A stretch of DNA of 64,000 nucleotides from an uncultured archaeon (GCA_963810275.1 CAWENF010000020.1:32001-96000); one strand, 5' to 3'. Positions 50,520 to 61,275 are shown, numbered from the stretch's first letter. Notes: a model not told the origin generated them from the letters alone. Program-made: numbers and translations.

Positions 50520-51797
50520 CTATTTCTTCTGCTTTACTTCGCTGCTCTGCTTAAGCAAGGCAATACTGTTTGCAGGTAAATCCCGTTCAACCATAAAGTT
50601 AGCCCCGACCCATGTGTTCGCCCCAACCCTTACACCGGGCATGAATAAGGCTTTGATTCCTGTTTTTACATTATCGCCTAGTACTGCACCGAGTTTGCGC
50701 CTACCTGAATCGACGACTTTTCCTTTGATTTCCATTTTGACCTTGCCCTCGTCGAAGCGCAGGTTAGCCGTTATAGTACCTGCTCCGAAGTTGCATTTCT
50801 CGCCAAGCACACTATCGCCGACGTAGCTTAAGTGCCCAACATGAGTTCCATCCATAATGACGCTGTTTTTGATTTCGCAGCTGTTACCCACCCGCGTGTG
50901 CTTGCCGAGGCTAGTGCCACTTCGTATGTAGCAGTTCGGACCCACATCAGCCTCTTCATCTATGAAAACTGGACCTTCAATATAGGCACCGCTACGTATC
51001 CGCGCAGTCTCTGCAACTGTAACTGGACCAAAAAGGTGCGCGCCCTTCTCCACTTTGCCTAGCACCTTGTGTTCCATTTGGTTAAGAGCCCAAACGTTAG
51101 CGTCAAGCAGGTCCCATGGTCTACCTACGTCGAACCAGTCGCCTTTGCCTAATTCCGCGGTTAGCACGGTTTTTCCTGACTCGGCGAGCATTGTGACGGC
51201 GTCGGTGAGTTCCCATTCGCCCCGCAATGAGGGTTTAGTTTGGCGGATTTTGTCAAAGACGTCTTTTCCAAAGCAGTAAACACCTGCATTAACGAGGTTC
51301 GACTTGACTTTGCCTGCGGGGGGTTTCTCTAAGATGCGTTTGACTTTGCCCTCAGCGGTCTGCTCGATGACTCCGTAGCTTTCTGGATGGTCAACAGGCA
51401 CAACGCCCATGACAGCAGCGGTTTCTACTACCTTGAATTTAGAGATAACCGTTTTTATCGCGTCAAGTCCAAAAAGCAAGTCACCGTAAATCAGCATAAA
51501 GTCGCCGTCAATGTACGGTTCAGCTATGCCGGCAGCGTTGCCTGTACCCAAAATCTCAGGCTGCTCAATATAGGTGATTTTTAAGCCGAGATTTGCACCA
51601 TCGCAGAAGTAACTGCGAATCGCTTCGCCCATATAATGTGTAATCACGATTGCCTCTTCGATGCCAGCGTGTTTAACTGCTTCAAGACAGAACTGCAAAA
51701 TAGGTTTTCCCGCAACCTTTAGCAGGTGTTTGGGTCTTGTCGCCGTTAATGGCTGGAGCCTTTCGCCTTTGCCTGCCGCTAAAATAACCGCCTTCAT
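50520..51797 (-). CDS. glmU: bifunctional sugar-1-phosphate nucleotidylyltransferase/acetyltransferase (archaeal GlmU)
   Basis: LAAGKGERL..PK, hexapeptide repeats, HLSYVGDS, RRKLGAVLGD. Confidence 0.9.
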   Translation of the reverse strand: MKAVILAAGKGERLQPLTATRPKHLLKVAGKPILQFCLEAVKHAGIEEAIVITHYMGEAIRSYFCDGANLGLKITYIEQPEILGTGNAAGIAEPYIDGDFMLIYGDLLFGLDAIKTVISKFKVVETAAVMGVVPVDHPESYGVIEQTAEGKVKRILEKPPAGKVKSNLVNAGVYCFGKDVFDKIRQTKPSLRGEWELTDAVTMLAESGKTVLTAELGKGDWFDVGRPWDLLDANVWALNQMEHKVLGKVEKGAHLFGPVTVAETARIRSGAYIEGPVFIDEEADVGPNCYIRSGTSLGKHTRVGNSCEIKNSVIMDGTHVGHLSYVGDSVLGEKCNFGAGTITANLRFDEGKVKMEIKGKVVDSGRRKLGAVLGDNVKTGIKALFMPGVRVGANTWVGANFMVERDLPANSIALLKQSSEVKQKK

Positions 51798-53158
51798 ATT
51801 TGAGCCTCAATTTGTAGTTGTATTAGTGCTGATGCTTTTTGGGTTATATCTTTTGCCGCTTGCTCGGATTCACCTTCGACTGTTAAGCGGATAATAGGCT
51901 CTGTGCCTGAGGCTCTGACAAGTAACCAACCGTTTTTGAGTACCAGCCGTGCGCCGTCGACGACGGAGAAGTCTGTGTAGTTGAGGAAGGATGCTTTTAG
52001 CTGCTCGGTCAACTGGTCTATGAGGGTGTATTTTTCGTCGTTTTTGCAGGCGAAATTCACACGCATCGTTATGTACTCTGGGACTTCACCTACAAACTCC
52101 GAAACTGTTTTGCGCTCAGACTCCAACGCCAACAAGAACAAAGCAGCAGATAATGGTCCATCAGGGCACAAATGCAGTTTAGGCTGAATCCATGCGCCGC
52201 AAGGTTCGCCGCCAAAAACTGCCTCTTGACGGTTGATTACTTCGGAAACGTATACGTCCCCAACTTTTGTCCTAATGACTTTTCCAGCATACTTATGAGC
52301 CATGGTCTCCACAGCCATAGACGCCTCAATCGTAGTCACAACCACACCTCCGCCAACACTTTTGAGCATATACGACCCATAAGCGGCGAGGGAACGATCA
52401 AAATTCACGAAAGAACCCTTCTCATCCACAAAGGCCACGCGGTCAGCGTCGCCGTCAAATGCAACTCCTATGTCTGCGCCAAGAGCCTTAACCGCCGCCG
52501 ACAGGTCTCGAAGGGTTTCCCCATTAGGTTCGGATTTACGGGCTGGAAAATGCCCGTCAGGCTGAGCGTTTAGCGCCGTTACTTTGCAGCCTAACATTTT
52601 GAGCAATTGTGGTCCGAGATTAAAAGCAGCGCCGCATCCGGGGTCAACAACGACATGCCAGTGTTTTTTGAGTTGCACGGCTTGTTGTACCATTTTTAGG
52701 TAAATTGAGGTGGAATCTACCTGTTTGGTGGTTCCAATCTTACTCCAGTGAGCTAAGGTGAATTTGCCCTCCGCCACAATTTTTTCCACGGCGTCTTGGT
52801 CAGTGTCCACGTAGGATAGGCCGTCTTGGTTGAAGACTTTGATGCCGTTGTATTGTGGCGGGTTATGTGAGGCGGTGAGCATAAAACCAACATCTGCGCC
52901 AAGGGCTTTGGTGGCATATGCGCAGACGGGGGTGGGCACCATTCCAGCTTGCAGCACTTCTGCACCACAGCCTTGCAGCCCCGAAACCAACGCGGCTTCA
53001 ATCATGCCCCCCGAAACCCTCGTGTCCCTTGCGACTACGACTTTCTTGGCTTTAGAATAAGTCGCCACCGCAGAAGCCACCTTGCACGCCAACGTCGGAG
53101 TTAAAACCACGTTTACTAATCCGCGAACTCCTGAGCTGCCAAACAATTTACCCATCAT
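51794..53158 (-). CDS. glmM: phosphoglucosamine mutase / phosphohexomutase
   Basis: LFGSSGVRG, TASHNP, FDGDADR, RASGTEP; adjacent to glmU. Confidence 0.88.
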   Translation of the reverse strand: MMGKLFGSSGVRGLVNVVLTPTLACKVASAVATYSKAKKVVVARDTRVSGGMIEAALVSGLQGCGAEVLQAGMVPTPVCAYATKALGADVGFMLTASHNPPQYNGIKVFNQDGLSYVDTDQDAVEKIVAEGKFTLAHWSKIGTTKQVDSTSIYLKMVQQAVQLKKHWHVVVDPGCGAAFNLGPQLLKMLGCKVTALNAQPDGHFPARKSEPNGETLRDLSAAVKALGADIGVAFDGDADRVAFVDEKGSFVNFDRSLAAYGSYMLKSVGGGVVVTTIEASMAVETMAHKYAGKVIRTKVGDVYVSEVINRQEAVFGGEPCGAWIQPKLHLCPDGPLSAALFLLALESERKTVSEFVGEVPEYITMRVNFACKNDEKYTLIDQLTEQLKASFLNYTDFSVVDGARLVLKNGWLLVRASGTEPIIRLTVEGESEQAAKDITQKASALIQLQIEAQI

Positions 53159-53327
53159 ACTCACCATTTTCTCTGCATGGTAAAGGCTGGTGTGCCCTAA
53201 AAAATCTTAGCGTACAGTCTAAGGGTTGCTTCAAACCATTTTGGTGAAGCAGCAAATCTAAACCGTCTAAGATACAAAAAATGTAGACATCGGATGCAGC
53301 GCACGCAGCCAACCTTTAAAATTTTTT

Positions 53328-54410
53328 TCACTGGCTCTGAAGGAAATCTGCCAACTGTGTCCTTGTAGGGTGCAATCCGTCGGGGTTTTGGAGGTAGCAT
53401 GCTGCAACTGCGTTAGCTAAGGTTAGGCGGCACTCGTCGGGCAAGTTGTAGTGACTGGCGTAGATGTTGCCTGCGCACCATGCGTCTCCTGCGCCTGTCG
53501 CCCGAAGCGGTTGGACTTTGAAGGACGCAACCTTTGCTTCGCGCTTCCCATATATGGAGGCTGCGAAGTTTGTGGTATGTAAATCGATTCTCGCAGAAAA
53601 CTGTTTTGAGAGAATTCGGGCGGCTTCCAAAGCTTTTTCAGCAAAGGGCAACTTCCGATTTTTTGCTTCGAAGTCAATGGTTAGGTGACTGGCGTAGGTG
53701 ACTGCTTCATTTTCGTTTAAACTCAAAACATCCACCAATCTCCCGCCCAGAACTCTTCGGGTTAACCCGGGAATGCCTTTTGCGTTTGGTGTGGGGTCAG
53801 CCGTGTCGTAGTAGGTTTTACATTTGCCGCCTTTTCTTGCCGCAGAAAAAACCGCCTCCGCCAATTTTGTGCCGTGATGCAGTGTACCCACCCAGTTGAA
53901 CAGACACACAAAATTAGCTGCCTCAATCATTTCGAAGTCGCTTTTTGCTAGGTTCTTTGGACCAAAATCGGCTAGTGCACCTAAATCGCGAAGCATAACG
54001 TTTGATTTGTTGTTTTCTTTTTGGAACTCCATGGCGGTCGTTACAGATGCCTTCCCGAGGGTTTTAATATACTCATAGTTGAGCGGGCGGTTTCTGAAGT
54101 GGTACTTGATTTGTTCAAGACCGTAGTGGCTTGTGCAGACAATCGGCGTAACCTCCGCTCCGAGGCTGTTTAGAGCGCTGGCTACGTTTACGGCGTTTCC
54201 TCCAGCCATGTCCACCTGCGAGACTCCATCTAGGCTGCCGCCTTTACGTTCTGCCACATCCGCCATTTTAGCCGCAAACTCAACGGGTGTCCACTGCAAG
54301 TTTACGAGGCGGTCTAAGAAGAAGTCGGGTAACACCACTACTTTGCAGGGTTTCTTGAGTGGTTGGGTGAGGAATTCAAGCAGGGTTTCCATGTGTTGCT
54401 CATTGGACAT
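53328..54410 (-). CDS. PfkB/ribokinase-family carbohydrate kinase
   Basis: GGNAVN, NENEA, ATGAGDAW. Confidence 0.85.
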   Translation of the reverse strand: MSNEQHMETLLEFLTQPLKKPCKVVVLPDFFLDRLVNLQWTPVEFAAKMADVAERKGGSLDGVSQVDMAGGNAVNVASALNSLGAEVTPIVCTSHYGLEQIKYHFRNRPLNYEYIKTLGKASVTTAMEFQKENNKSNVMLRDLGALADFGPKNLAKSDFEMIEAANFVCLFNWVGTLHHGTKLAEAVFSAARKGGKCKTYYDTADPTPNAKGIPGLTRRVLGGRLVDVLSLNENEAVTYASHLTIDFEAKNRKLPFAEKALEAARILSKQFSARIDLHTTNFAASIYGKREAKVASFKVQPLRATGAGDAWCAGNIYASHYNLPDECRLTLANAVAACYLQNPDGLHPTRTQLADFLQSQ

Positions 54411-54506
54411 GTGGGGTTCATTTATTGTATCCGCCAAAAAGCTAAAATAACCTTTTGTTAACATCTGGTAGCTTATAGGTTTCAAAATACGGGGAGAATC
54501 AGGATT

Positions 54507-54746
54507 ATGAAGTTCAAAGTAGAAGTTACATTGTTGGTTTTAGCAATAGCATTGTTCATTGCGGCGACCTTCTTTTATTCCTATCAGTCCGCAACTGGCG
54601 CCTTAACGCTTAGCATAAGCGAAAGCATAACGTACCCCTACCGCACCTTAGCACTTGCGTTTGTCGGCGTCGGCTCACTTTCCATGATTTGCGCCTCCAT
54701 CTCTTACCAGAAAAAAACCAAACACCTCATCGCCCAAACGGCTTAA
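54507..54746 (+). CDS. small 2-TM hypothetical protein
   Basis: Two hydrophobic helices, basic C-terminus, purine-rich upstream sequence. Confidence 0.6.
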   Translation: MKFKVEVTLLVLAIALFIAATFFYSYQSATGALTLSISESITYPYRTLALAFVGVGSLSMICASISYQKKTKHLIAQTA

Positions 54747-55553
54747 GCGCCCACAACGGTTCGCACCAGAAGCCAAACCAAATCGCCCCCAAACACCGCC
54801 ACCACTAACCCTAAAGTGACGAAAATCAACATGGGCAACCCTGGAGTAGCCCAGACGTAGTTATCGATTTTGCCTTGATCCACCGCGTCTGAGAGGCGCT
54901 GGACGATTTGGTCTCTCCCCTCATCTTTTGGCACCACTACCAGATTACGATGTAAATCCACATCGGTGTCGTTGGCGTCTTCCAAGGGGAAAATATGCCA
55001 CTTCGCCTTAACTTTGTCAATACTCATTTTGTATCCAGTAATGAGCACTAAGAGTTTTTTACTCCAAGACTCGCTTGCTAGTAAACCCGTAAACAGCTGG
55101 GTTTTGGTTTTTTGGCGCCAAACTAGGTTGCGCAGAAGCATGTATATACAACTAGCAGCAGCGAATAACACTGAGTTACCAAAGATGGTTATGGGGAAAA
55201 TTATCTGCGATGTTGGTGAAGTAGGCGTAATCAGCGGCTGTACCAAGCCAAGGGGGGCAAAAGGCAAAGCAAGGGCGATGCACATGAGGGCTTTTGAGTC
55301 TGCGCCTCCAAAGCCACCTGCATAAAATAATAGTAGCGCCAAGCCAAAGGTAACCCCGACGGCTATACCGAAAAACATCAGGTTCGCCTGGTTTATAGAG
55401 TAGTAGCTGAGGCATTGTTAACGCCAAAGCGATTGGTGCCCAGATAACCCAGACCTTGTTGCTGACTTCTCGACTCTGATAATCCTTCCAGGAAGCATAA
55501 CCTAGTATGCCTATGGAGACAACTATTGAACTTGCAATTAGTATTTCTTGCAA
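54743..55553 (-). CDS. A24 prepilin/pre-archaellin peptidase (PibD/FlaK type), +1 frameshift near 55380
   Basis: N-part YASWKDYQSREVSNKVW in one frame; GGADSKAL and VWATPGLPMLIF in the other; one extra base at GAA-CCTG-ATG. Confidence 0.85.
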
Positions 55554-55909
55554 AGCTGCATGGATATCCTTTATAGCGGTTGGTTTTATGTGTTTATCGG
55601 ATTTATAAGATATGTTAATTTGTGCGTCATTAAAAACAACAAAATAGAATGGACGGGACCTTAAACAGTATCGAAACATCGAAACGGAGATGTTTTGTCC
55701 ATACTTTACTTATTTGGTAACATATAACAAAATGTTTTAGCAGATAAGCAGAATCTGCATTGTGTCTAAATGTATTGTATTAGCAATGTGTTCGAGGTTC
55801 AGACTATACATACTAATCATATACCAAGCTAAATCAGTGCCATGTAAGGAAATAATTTTTAAACTCCTCTTCTATCCACTTAAAACAACACACTAACGGA
55901 AGAATCAAA

Positions 55910-56605
55910 GTGAAGCAAACTTCAAAAATAATCAATCAAGCTAAAAAAGAAAATAGAAAAGCTCTTTTAGAGCCTGAAGCTAAAACCATCTGTGCTGAAT
56001 ATGGCATTTCAGTAAACAACTTTAACGTGGCAAAAACCGCAAAAGAAGCTGCTGAACAAGCAGAAAAAATCGGCTACCCAATAGTCATGAAAATCGTTTC
56101 ACAGGATATCATCCACAAATCCGATGCTGGAGGCGTACTTGTTAACCTTAAATCTGCTACCGAAGTTGAAGCCGGCTTCAAGAAAATTATGGATAATTCC
56201 AAAAAATACAAGGAAGACGCAAGAATAGAGGGCATACTAGTTCAGGAGATGGCGCCTCAGGGTACCGAAGTCATAGTGGGAGCAATAAAAGACCCTCAAT
56301 TTGGGCAGACAGTAATGTTTGGGCTCGGTGGCATCTTTGTAGAGCTCTTAAAAGACGTAAACTTCCGTGTTGCACCCCTCACCGTCCAAGACGCAAAAGA
56401 AATGATAACCAACCTCAAGGCATTTCCACTGCTAAACGGGTATCGTGGCTCAAAACCCGCTGACATTGAGGCATTAACAACAATTCTGGTCAACGTTTCA
56501 AAGATGGTTATGGAGCAATCTGACATCAAAGAACTTGACTTAAACCCCGTAATGGCTTACCCTGTCGGCGCCAAAACAGTTGACGCCAGAATAATCCTCG
56601 AATAA
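55910..56605 (+). CDS. acdB: ADP-forming acetate--CoA ligase beta subunit
   Basis: LLEPEAK, GYPIVMKIVS..IHKSDAGGV, DPQFG, ELDLNP, VDAR. Confidence 0.9.
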   Translation: MKQTSKIINQAKKENRKALLEPEAKTICAEYGISVNNFNVAKTAKEAAEQAEKIGYPIVMKIVSQDIIHKSDAGGVLVNLKSATEVEAGFKKIMDNSKKYKEDARIEGILVQEMAPQGTEVIVGAIKDPQFGQTVMFGLGGIFVELLKDVNFRVAPLTVQDAKEMITNLKAFPLLNGYRGSKPADIEALTTILVNVSKMVMEQSDIKELDLNPVMAYPVGAKTVDARIILE

Positions 56606-56817
56606 ACCGCAATGATTCCAGCCCACTTGGGGTTTTTATTTTTTTTTATCTGGGTATCGCTATTACCTCGGCGTCAAGAGGACGGGCATACATTCTTAAT
56701 TGCTTTTTTTGTATGGGCTATGCTTCTTTGTCTAACGGTGGCATCAAGTATTACAGCATACGCCATCTATACAATCTATATAGTGGGAAAAACACGAACA
56801 AGATAAGTAAGGAAAAA

Positions 56818-56895
56818 TGGCGCCCAGGCCGGGATTTGGACCCGGGTCCTACGGGCGACAGCCGCATATACTAGACCTAACTATACTACCTGGGC
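56818..56895 (-). tRNA. tRNA-Asp(GTC), CCA encoded, no intron
   Basis: Acceptor GCCCAGG/CCTGGGC, discriminator G, anticodon arm TGCGG-CTGTCGC-CCGTA, T arm CCGGG-TCCAAAT-CCCGG. Confidence 0.93.
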
Positions 56896-57058
56896 AAACT
56901 ATAGCGCCGCAACAATACACTAATCTTCCCTAATTAAGCTTTTCTTGAAAAATAATGCTAAGCTTTTGCCAGAGAAAGCTATAAACTGCCTTGAATGGGC
57001 AACAGGCTTAATATTACCACGCCCAAAATAAACCAGAAACCCACTGGAAGCAGAATAA

Positions 57059-58972
57059 ATGCACCAAACCCTTAGCGCTCTCGAAAAATACTGGCTAAGT
57101 ATAGTATTTGCGCTACTGGTTTTGGCTTCAGCGGCGTCTAGTTATCTTGCGGTGGCTGCGGCTTTAGTTTTCACTTTTCTGGTGCCAGGCTTAATCGCAT
57201 ACCGTTTCTTTCACCTAAACGGTGTCGAGAAATACGCATTTGTTCCCGTGTTTAGCGTGGTGGTTTCTGTACAGCTGATTTACTGGTTATCTATTTTGGT
57301 GGGGTACTCACGCTGGAGCATTCTACTTGGGTTCACATTCTTGACAGCGCTGTACACAACTATTGTCTACTTTAAAGGTGAAACCATAAAGCCCCTAAGC
57401 TTGCTGCAGTTGGGAAAAATCCGAAAAACAAACATACTGCTCTTCGCGCTAATCTTCATAATTTCGCTTTCGGTGTTGGCGGTGAGTGTGTGGCGGGGCA
57501 ACGACTACGGAATCGTCTTGACGGGGTCCAACTGGCAGGACACTCCAATGCACTACGAAATCATTGAAAGCATAAATAACGGCAACTTCCCGCCACAGAC
57601 CCCCAGCTACGCTGGTACACCCCTGACCTATCATTACTTTGTGGACTTTCACACCTCCATCGTTGAAGCCATGTATGGCTATTTACCCACTGCTCTGCCG
57701 GTTTTAAACGCAATATTCATTCTGGTATTTTCCGTCGTGATGTATGCTTTGGTCCGGGATTATGGGAGCAAGGCGGCGTTTTTCGCGGCAATCGTAGGCG
57801 TGTTTGGCTGGGGCTTTAGCTATTTTGGCTTGTTCCAAGCATTAATTGACGGTACATTTACGGCTTCGACAAATTACATCTATCAGTTTAGCGGACTCTT
57901 TGGGTTGCCATCCCCATTTGACAATTTGCTGCAGCAACGCCCACTCCTCATTGGGCTACCAGTGTTTGCCCTTGTTCTCCTTTTGCTACGTAACATGAAA
58001 GACCAAAACCGCCTGCTCCTCGCCGGAGTGCTCACTGGCCTAGTTTTTCCGTTCCATAGCGTAGCATTCTTTTGCTGCTACGTGGTGTTTGCTGCAGCAG
58101 TCATCTTTAACCTTAGAAAAATCAACCTAGGCTACCTCTACTTCCTGCTGCCAAGCATCTGCGCCTTACCATTCATATTCTCTGGTGGTCCACCGATGTC
58201 CTTTAGCGTAAGCGCTGCGTTTTTTGGAGACTTCGTATTAAACAACAGCCCCTTACTTTACTACTTTGCAAACCTAGGCATCCCCTTAGTATTAGCCCTA
58301 ATTTCTTTTGTCAAGCCGGGCCACGAATACGTCAAGCTAAGTTTCCTTGCACTTTTTATGATTCCCAACATCCTGCTTTTGACACCTTGGTCTTGGGACA
58401 TGTACAAATTCTTCATATTCGCTTGGGTTCCAATTGTGCTATTAGCAAGCATTTTACTGGCAAAGGTTTCTAAAAGGGTGGTTTGCGCCGTGATTCTGCT
58501 CTCCGTCATAACAGCATCAAGTGTAATTATCTATAACGTCGGAACCGACTACACTGCCTTGACCTGGAGCGAATACGATGCTGCACTTTGGATTAAGGAC
58601 AACACACCACAAAACTCTGTTTTCCTAACATACTATAGCATTCAGTGCCCCGTCACAATGGTTGCCGGCAGATTGAGGGTGGATGCATACGTTTACTGGT
58701 CTTACGGGCATGGGGAGCCACTAGATGAAGTCTATGGGCGCCAAAACGCTATCGACAACGCGTATGGCGGAAACCAAAGTGAGCTTGCCGAATTAGTGGG
58801 GCAGTACAACGTAAGCTACGTGTATGTCGGGGGCGAAGAGCAACGTCAATACTCTGGTTGCGTGGCGCATATGGATTCCATCGGGTGGCTCAAGCAAGTT
58901 TATTCGCAGAACAGCCTCTACGTTTACCAAGTGGACACTGCTCAAATGAATACTTCGGTACCAACAACTTAA
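57059..58972 (+). CDS. polytopic membrane protein, probable GT-C-type glycosyltransferase
   Basis: Many TMs; loop NWQDTPMH..FPPQTPSYAGTPLTYHYF; C-terminal WIKDNTP..YNVSYVYVGGEE (STT3-like tail). Confidence 0.6.
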   Translation: MHQTLSALEKYWLSIVFALLVLASAASSYLAVAAALVFTFLVPGLIAYRFFHLNGVEKYAFVPVFSVVVSVQLIYWLSILVGYSRWSILLGFTFLTALYTTIVYFKGETIKPLSLLQLGKIRKTNILLFALIFIISLSVLAVSVWRGNDYGIVLTGSNWQDTPMHYEIIESINNGNFPPQTPSYAGTPLTYHYFVDFHTSIVEAMYGYLPTALPVLNAIFILVFSVVMYALVRDYGSKAAFFAAIVGVFGWGFSYFGLFQALIDGTFTASTNYIYQFSGLFGLPSPFDNLLQQRPLLIGLPVFALVLLLLRNMKDQNRLLLAGVLTGLVFPFHSVAFFCCYVVFAAAVIFNLRKINLGYLYFLLPSICALPFIFSGGPPMSFSVSAAFFGDFVLNNSPLLYYFANLGIPLVLALISFVKPGHEYVKLSFLALFMIPNILLLTPWSWDMYKFFIFAWVPIVLLASILLAKVSKRVVCAVILLSVITASSVIIYNVGTDYTALTWSEYDAALWIKDNTPQNSVFLTYYSIQCPVTMVAGRLRVDAYVYWSYGHGEPLDEVYGRQNAIDNAYGGNQSELAELVGQYNVSYVYVGGEEQRQYSGCVAHMDSIGWLKQVYSQNSLYVYQVDTAQMNTSVPTT

Positions 58973-58977
58973 TGCAT

Positions 58978-59466
58978 CTACGCTGTTTTGAGCAATGGCT
59001 GATGCTTCTTCCCCGACATGCCGTTAATGTCGATTCTGCCAATCGTCACCTTCAACACCTTCTCCGGATTTAGTCGGGAGAGTTTAGCTTCGGGGTTAGG
59101 TGCAACCTGGAGTATCAACACCTTTAAACCATGCCACTTTTCCTCAGCATCCTCAACAAGCGTCATGGCACCGTTGAAATGTACACTAGTATAAGCATAA
59201 TCACACTCCTCTGTCACGCCAAAATCCAGCACCGCTTGTCCCCAAACGTTGGGGTTGACATCAGCGTAAACCAGTTTTTTACCTTCCCTTGCACAGTGAA
59301 AATACAGGCAGTTACGCTCTTTATCATAGCCATGACTCAAAGCTACAAGGTAAGGCTTGTTGTCTTTGCAAAGCGCAACCGTGACGTATTTGGTTTGGGC
59401 TAAAACCCGTTTCATCTCAGCAGAGTCGGTGATTTCCCGCTCTTTACGTCTAACGTGAAAGGACAT
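58978..59466 (-). CDS. pyridoxamine 5'-phosphate oxidase-like (NimA-type) flavin-binding protein
   Basis: RRKEREITD, PYLVALSHGY, LYFHCAREGKK, YTSV, SGK. Confidence 0.85.
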   Translation of the reverse strand: MSFHVRRKEREITDSAEMKRVLAQTKYVTVALCKDNKPYLVALSHGYDKERNCLYFHCAREGKKLVYADVNPNVWGQAVLDFGVTEECDYAYTSVHFNGAMTLVEDAEEKWHGLKVLILQVAPNPEAKLSRLNPEKVLKVTIGRIDINGMSGKKHQPLLKTA

Positions 59467-59492
59467 ACTCAAAAAGAGGGAGGCTTTGGCTT

Positions 59493-60002
59493 TTAAGTCT
59501 TGATGCCACTGCGGATTTTGCTTTGCAGGAAGCTTACGATAGTGGGCGTGAAAATGGAGAACACCGCTATCAAGTAATTTAGAGGGTAGACCATGGGATA
59601 CTCGAATAGGTTGCCACCGTAGGTGCCCACTATGTTCTGCAAATTACCCCACAACTGGAAAAGCGACCAGAGGGTCACCCAAAGCATAGCACCCGCCAAG
59701 CGGTTAATGTATAATCTGCGTCTTCTCGGCTGTTTATTAGGCGTCTTGTATTGGAAATACACTTCAGCTGCTACGGCTCCAGCGGCGCCGGGGAAAACCA
59801 TGTTAACCAAAATTTTCTCCACCAAGTTGCCTGGAATCCAGTGCCCAATCCAAGGCGTCTCCAAAAGACTCAACAATGGAAGCGCAACATTACCTGTCGC
59901 AAGGCGTATAATTACGGGTATAGCATATACGCCTGCACCTGCGAGTTGCCAAATCCAAAACCGCCTCGAACGCAGAGTCAGTTTTGCTGCTGTCCAACTC
60001 AT
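59493..60002 (-). CDS. hypothetical membrane protein
   Basis: Several TMs; 4-nt overlap with the upstream ORF. Confidence 0.65.
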   Translation of the reverse strand: MSWTAAKLTLRSRRFWIWQLAGAGVYAIPVIIRLATGNVALPLLSLLETPWIGHWIPGNLVEKILVNMVFPGAAGAVAAEVYFQYKTPNKQPRRRRLYINRLAGAMLWVTLWSLFQLWGNLQNIVGTYGGNLFEYPMVYPLNYLIAVFSIFTPTIVSFLQSKIRSGIKT

Positions 60003-60352
60003 TTCTTTTTCTTTCCAGCCGCCTCAACTTGTTTTGCTAAAACAGCGACAAACTGGCTGATCCGGTCGCGGCTTCTGCCAAAATCCGCCATCGCCGTGAT
60101 TGTAGTGACTGGCGTCTCAGCTGTAAGGGTCATGCGGCAAGTGTTCTCATCTACCGCCTCTACTTCAAGATTGATGACACTGCCATAGGATAGGAAGGCT
60201 CCTTTGGTTTTGAGTTTCGCTTTGTGTTTTTGGTCATCGATTTCTTGTATCTTCCACTCAAGCAACTCTACCGTTTTGGGAATCATCGCCCATATTTTCT
60301 CAAGCGGATAGTCGATTTCGAGTTTTTCTTGCTCGTCGCGCAGATAAGCCAT
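59999..60352 (-). CDS. hypothetical protein
   Basis: Clean 117-aa ORF, operon-like overlap. Confidence 0.65.
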   Translation of the reverse strand: MAYLRDEQEKLEIDYPLEKIWAMIPKTVELLEWKIQEIDDQKHKAKLKTKGAFLSYGSVINLEVEAVDENTCRMTLTAETPVTTITAMADFGRSRDRISQFVAVLAKQVEAAGKKKK

Positions 60353-60441
60353 GTTTACTCACTTGATGCATGTTGGGGGGCCTACTTAACTCTTACAGAA
60401 ATACATCTCAAACAATTTGGGGAATCGCAAAAGTTGGTCAC

Positions 60442-60816
60442 CTAAAGGGATTCTTTGAGTGCCGCAAAATACGACATAACCTGAGCCATCTGCTCTCGAG
60501 ACATCATTAAAACAGCACGGACTGCATCCCTCTGTGTAAGCGTAGCAGAAGCTGACAACGTTTTGATTGCATAGTCAAGGTTGTTGAAAAGCTGTTCCCA
60601 TGGAATGTTAACCCGTTGCCCCTTAAGGTTGTAGAGTGCAAGGACATAGGCACTGGCACGACTGAGACTATCTTTGAAGGCTTGCATGCTAGTGCCGATG
60701 GTCATTGGCTCGTAGTCGGTGCCCGCAACGAAACTGGCTAAGACCTTATAGTTCTCTTCGAGACCTTGAATTTCGACCATTATGTCTTGTTTTATTTTGG
60801 CTTCTGCTTCGGTCAT
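60442..60816 (-). CDS. hypothetical helical protein
   Basis: Clean 124-aa ORF with AT-rich promoter-like upstream. Confidence 0.6.
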   Translation of the reverse strand: MTEAEAKIKQDIMVEIQGLEENYKVLASFVAGTDYEPMTIGTSMQAFKDSLSRASAYVLALYNLKGQRVNIPWEQLFNNLDYAIKTLSASATLTQRDAVRAVLMMSREQMAQVMSYFAALKESL

Positions 60817-61275
60817 TGTACATCGCTTTTGAGTAAGATATAAACAAGTATTTTAGGCTTTAATGGAAATATCACCCGCAAAAAATTCTTTTTTTTCGGA
60901 AGGCTAAACCCATAACAATTTAACTATATAAGGATTCAAACCACTTAGACACAAAGGGATTTCTCCAAGAATTGACAAGACGGAAAACACCGTTATCCAG
61001 AGTTCCAAGAGCCACTAACTTATCAGAGTAACTGGTGCGCTGAATCAACGCCGGGCAGCAAAGTCTACCAGATGCCACTCATATGCTATAAATAATCTTC
61101 ATGGACAGTACCAATTTTCACTCGGCTTTAAAATCGTGCAAACGAAGCGAAGCGACCCACGCATGTACTTGTTAATATTAACAGGAAACTGCAGATTTTA
61201 TCCAAGGATAAGGATGACGCGGAGTATTAAGGCTTGGAGTAAATGTTTTTATGCTAACTTGCTTGATTAACAGTG

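Noticed and set aside
55671-55690. Tandem ATCGAAAC repeat between the peptidase and acdB
   Set aside because: Two copies only, no second occurrence noticed; may be chance.
56612-56806. 64-aa hydrophobic ORF
   Set aside because: Spans the T-rich terminator region between acdB and the tRNA; hydrophobicity likely reflects T runs.
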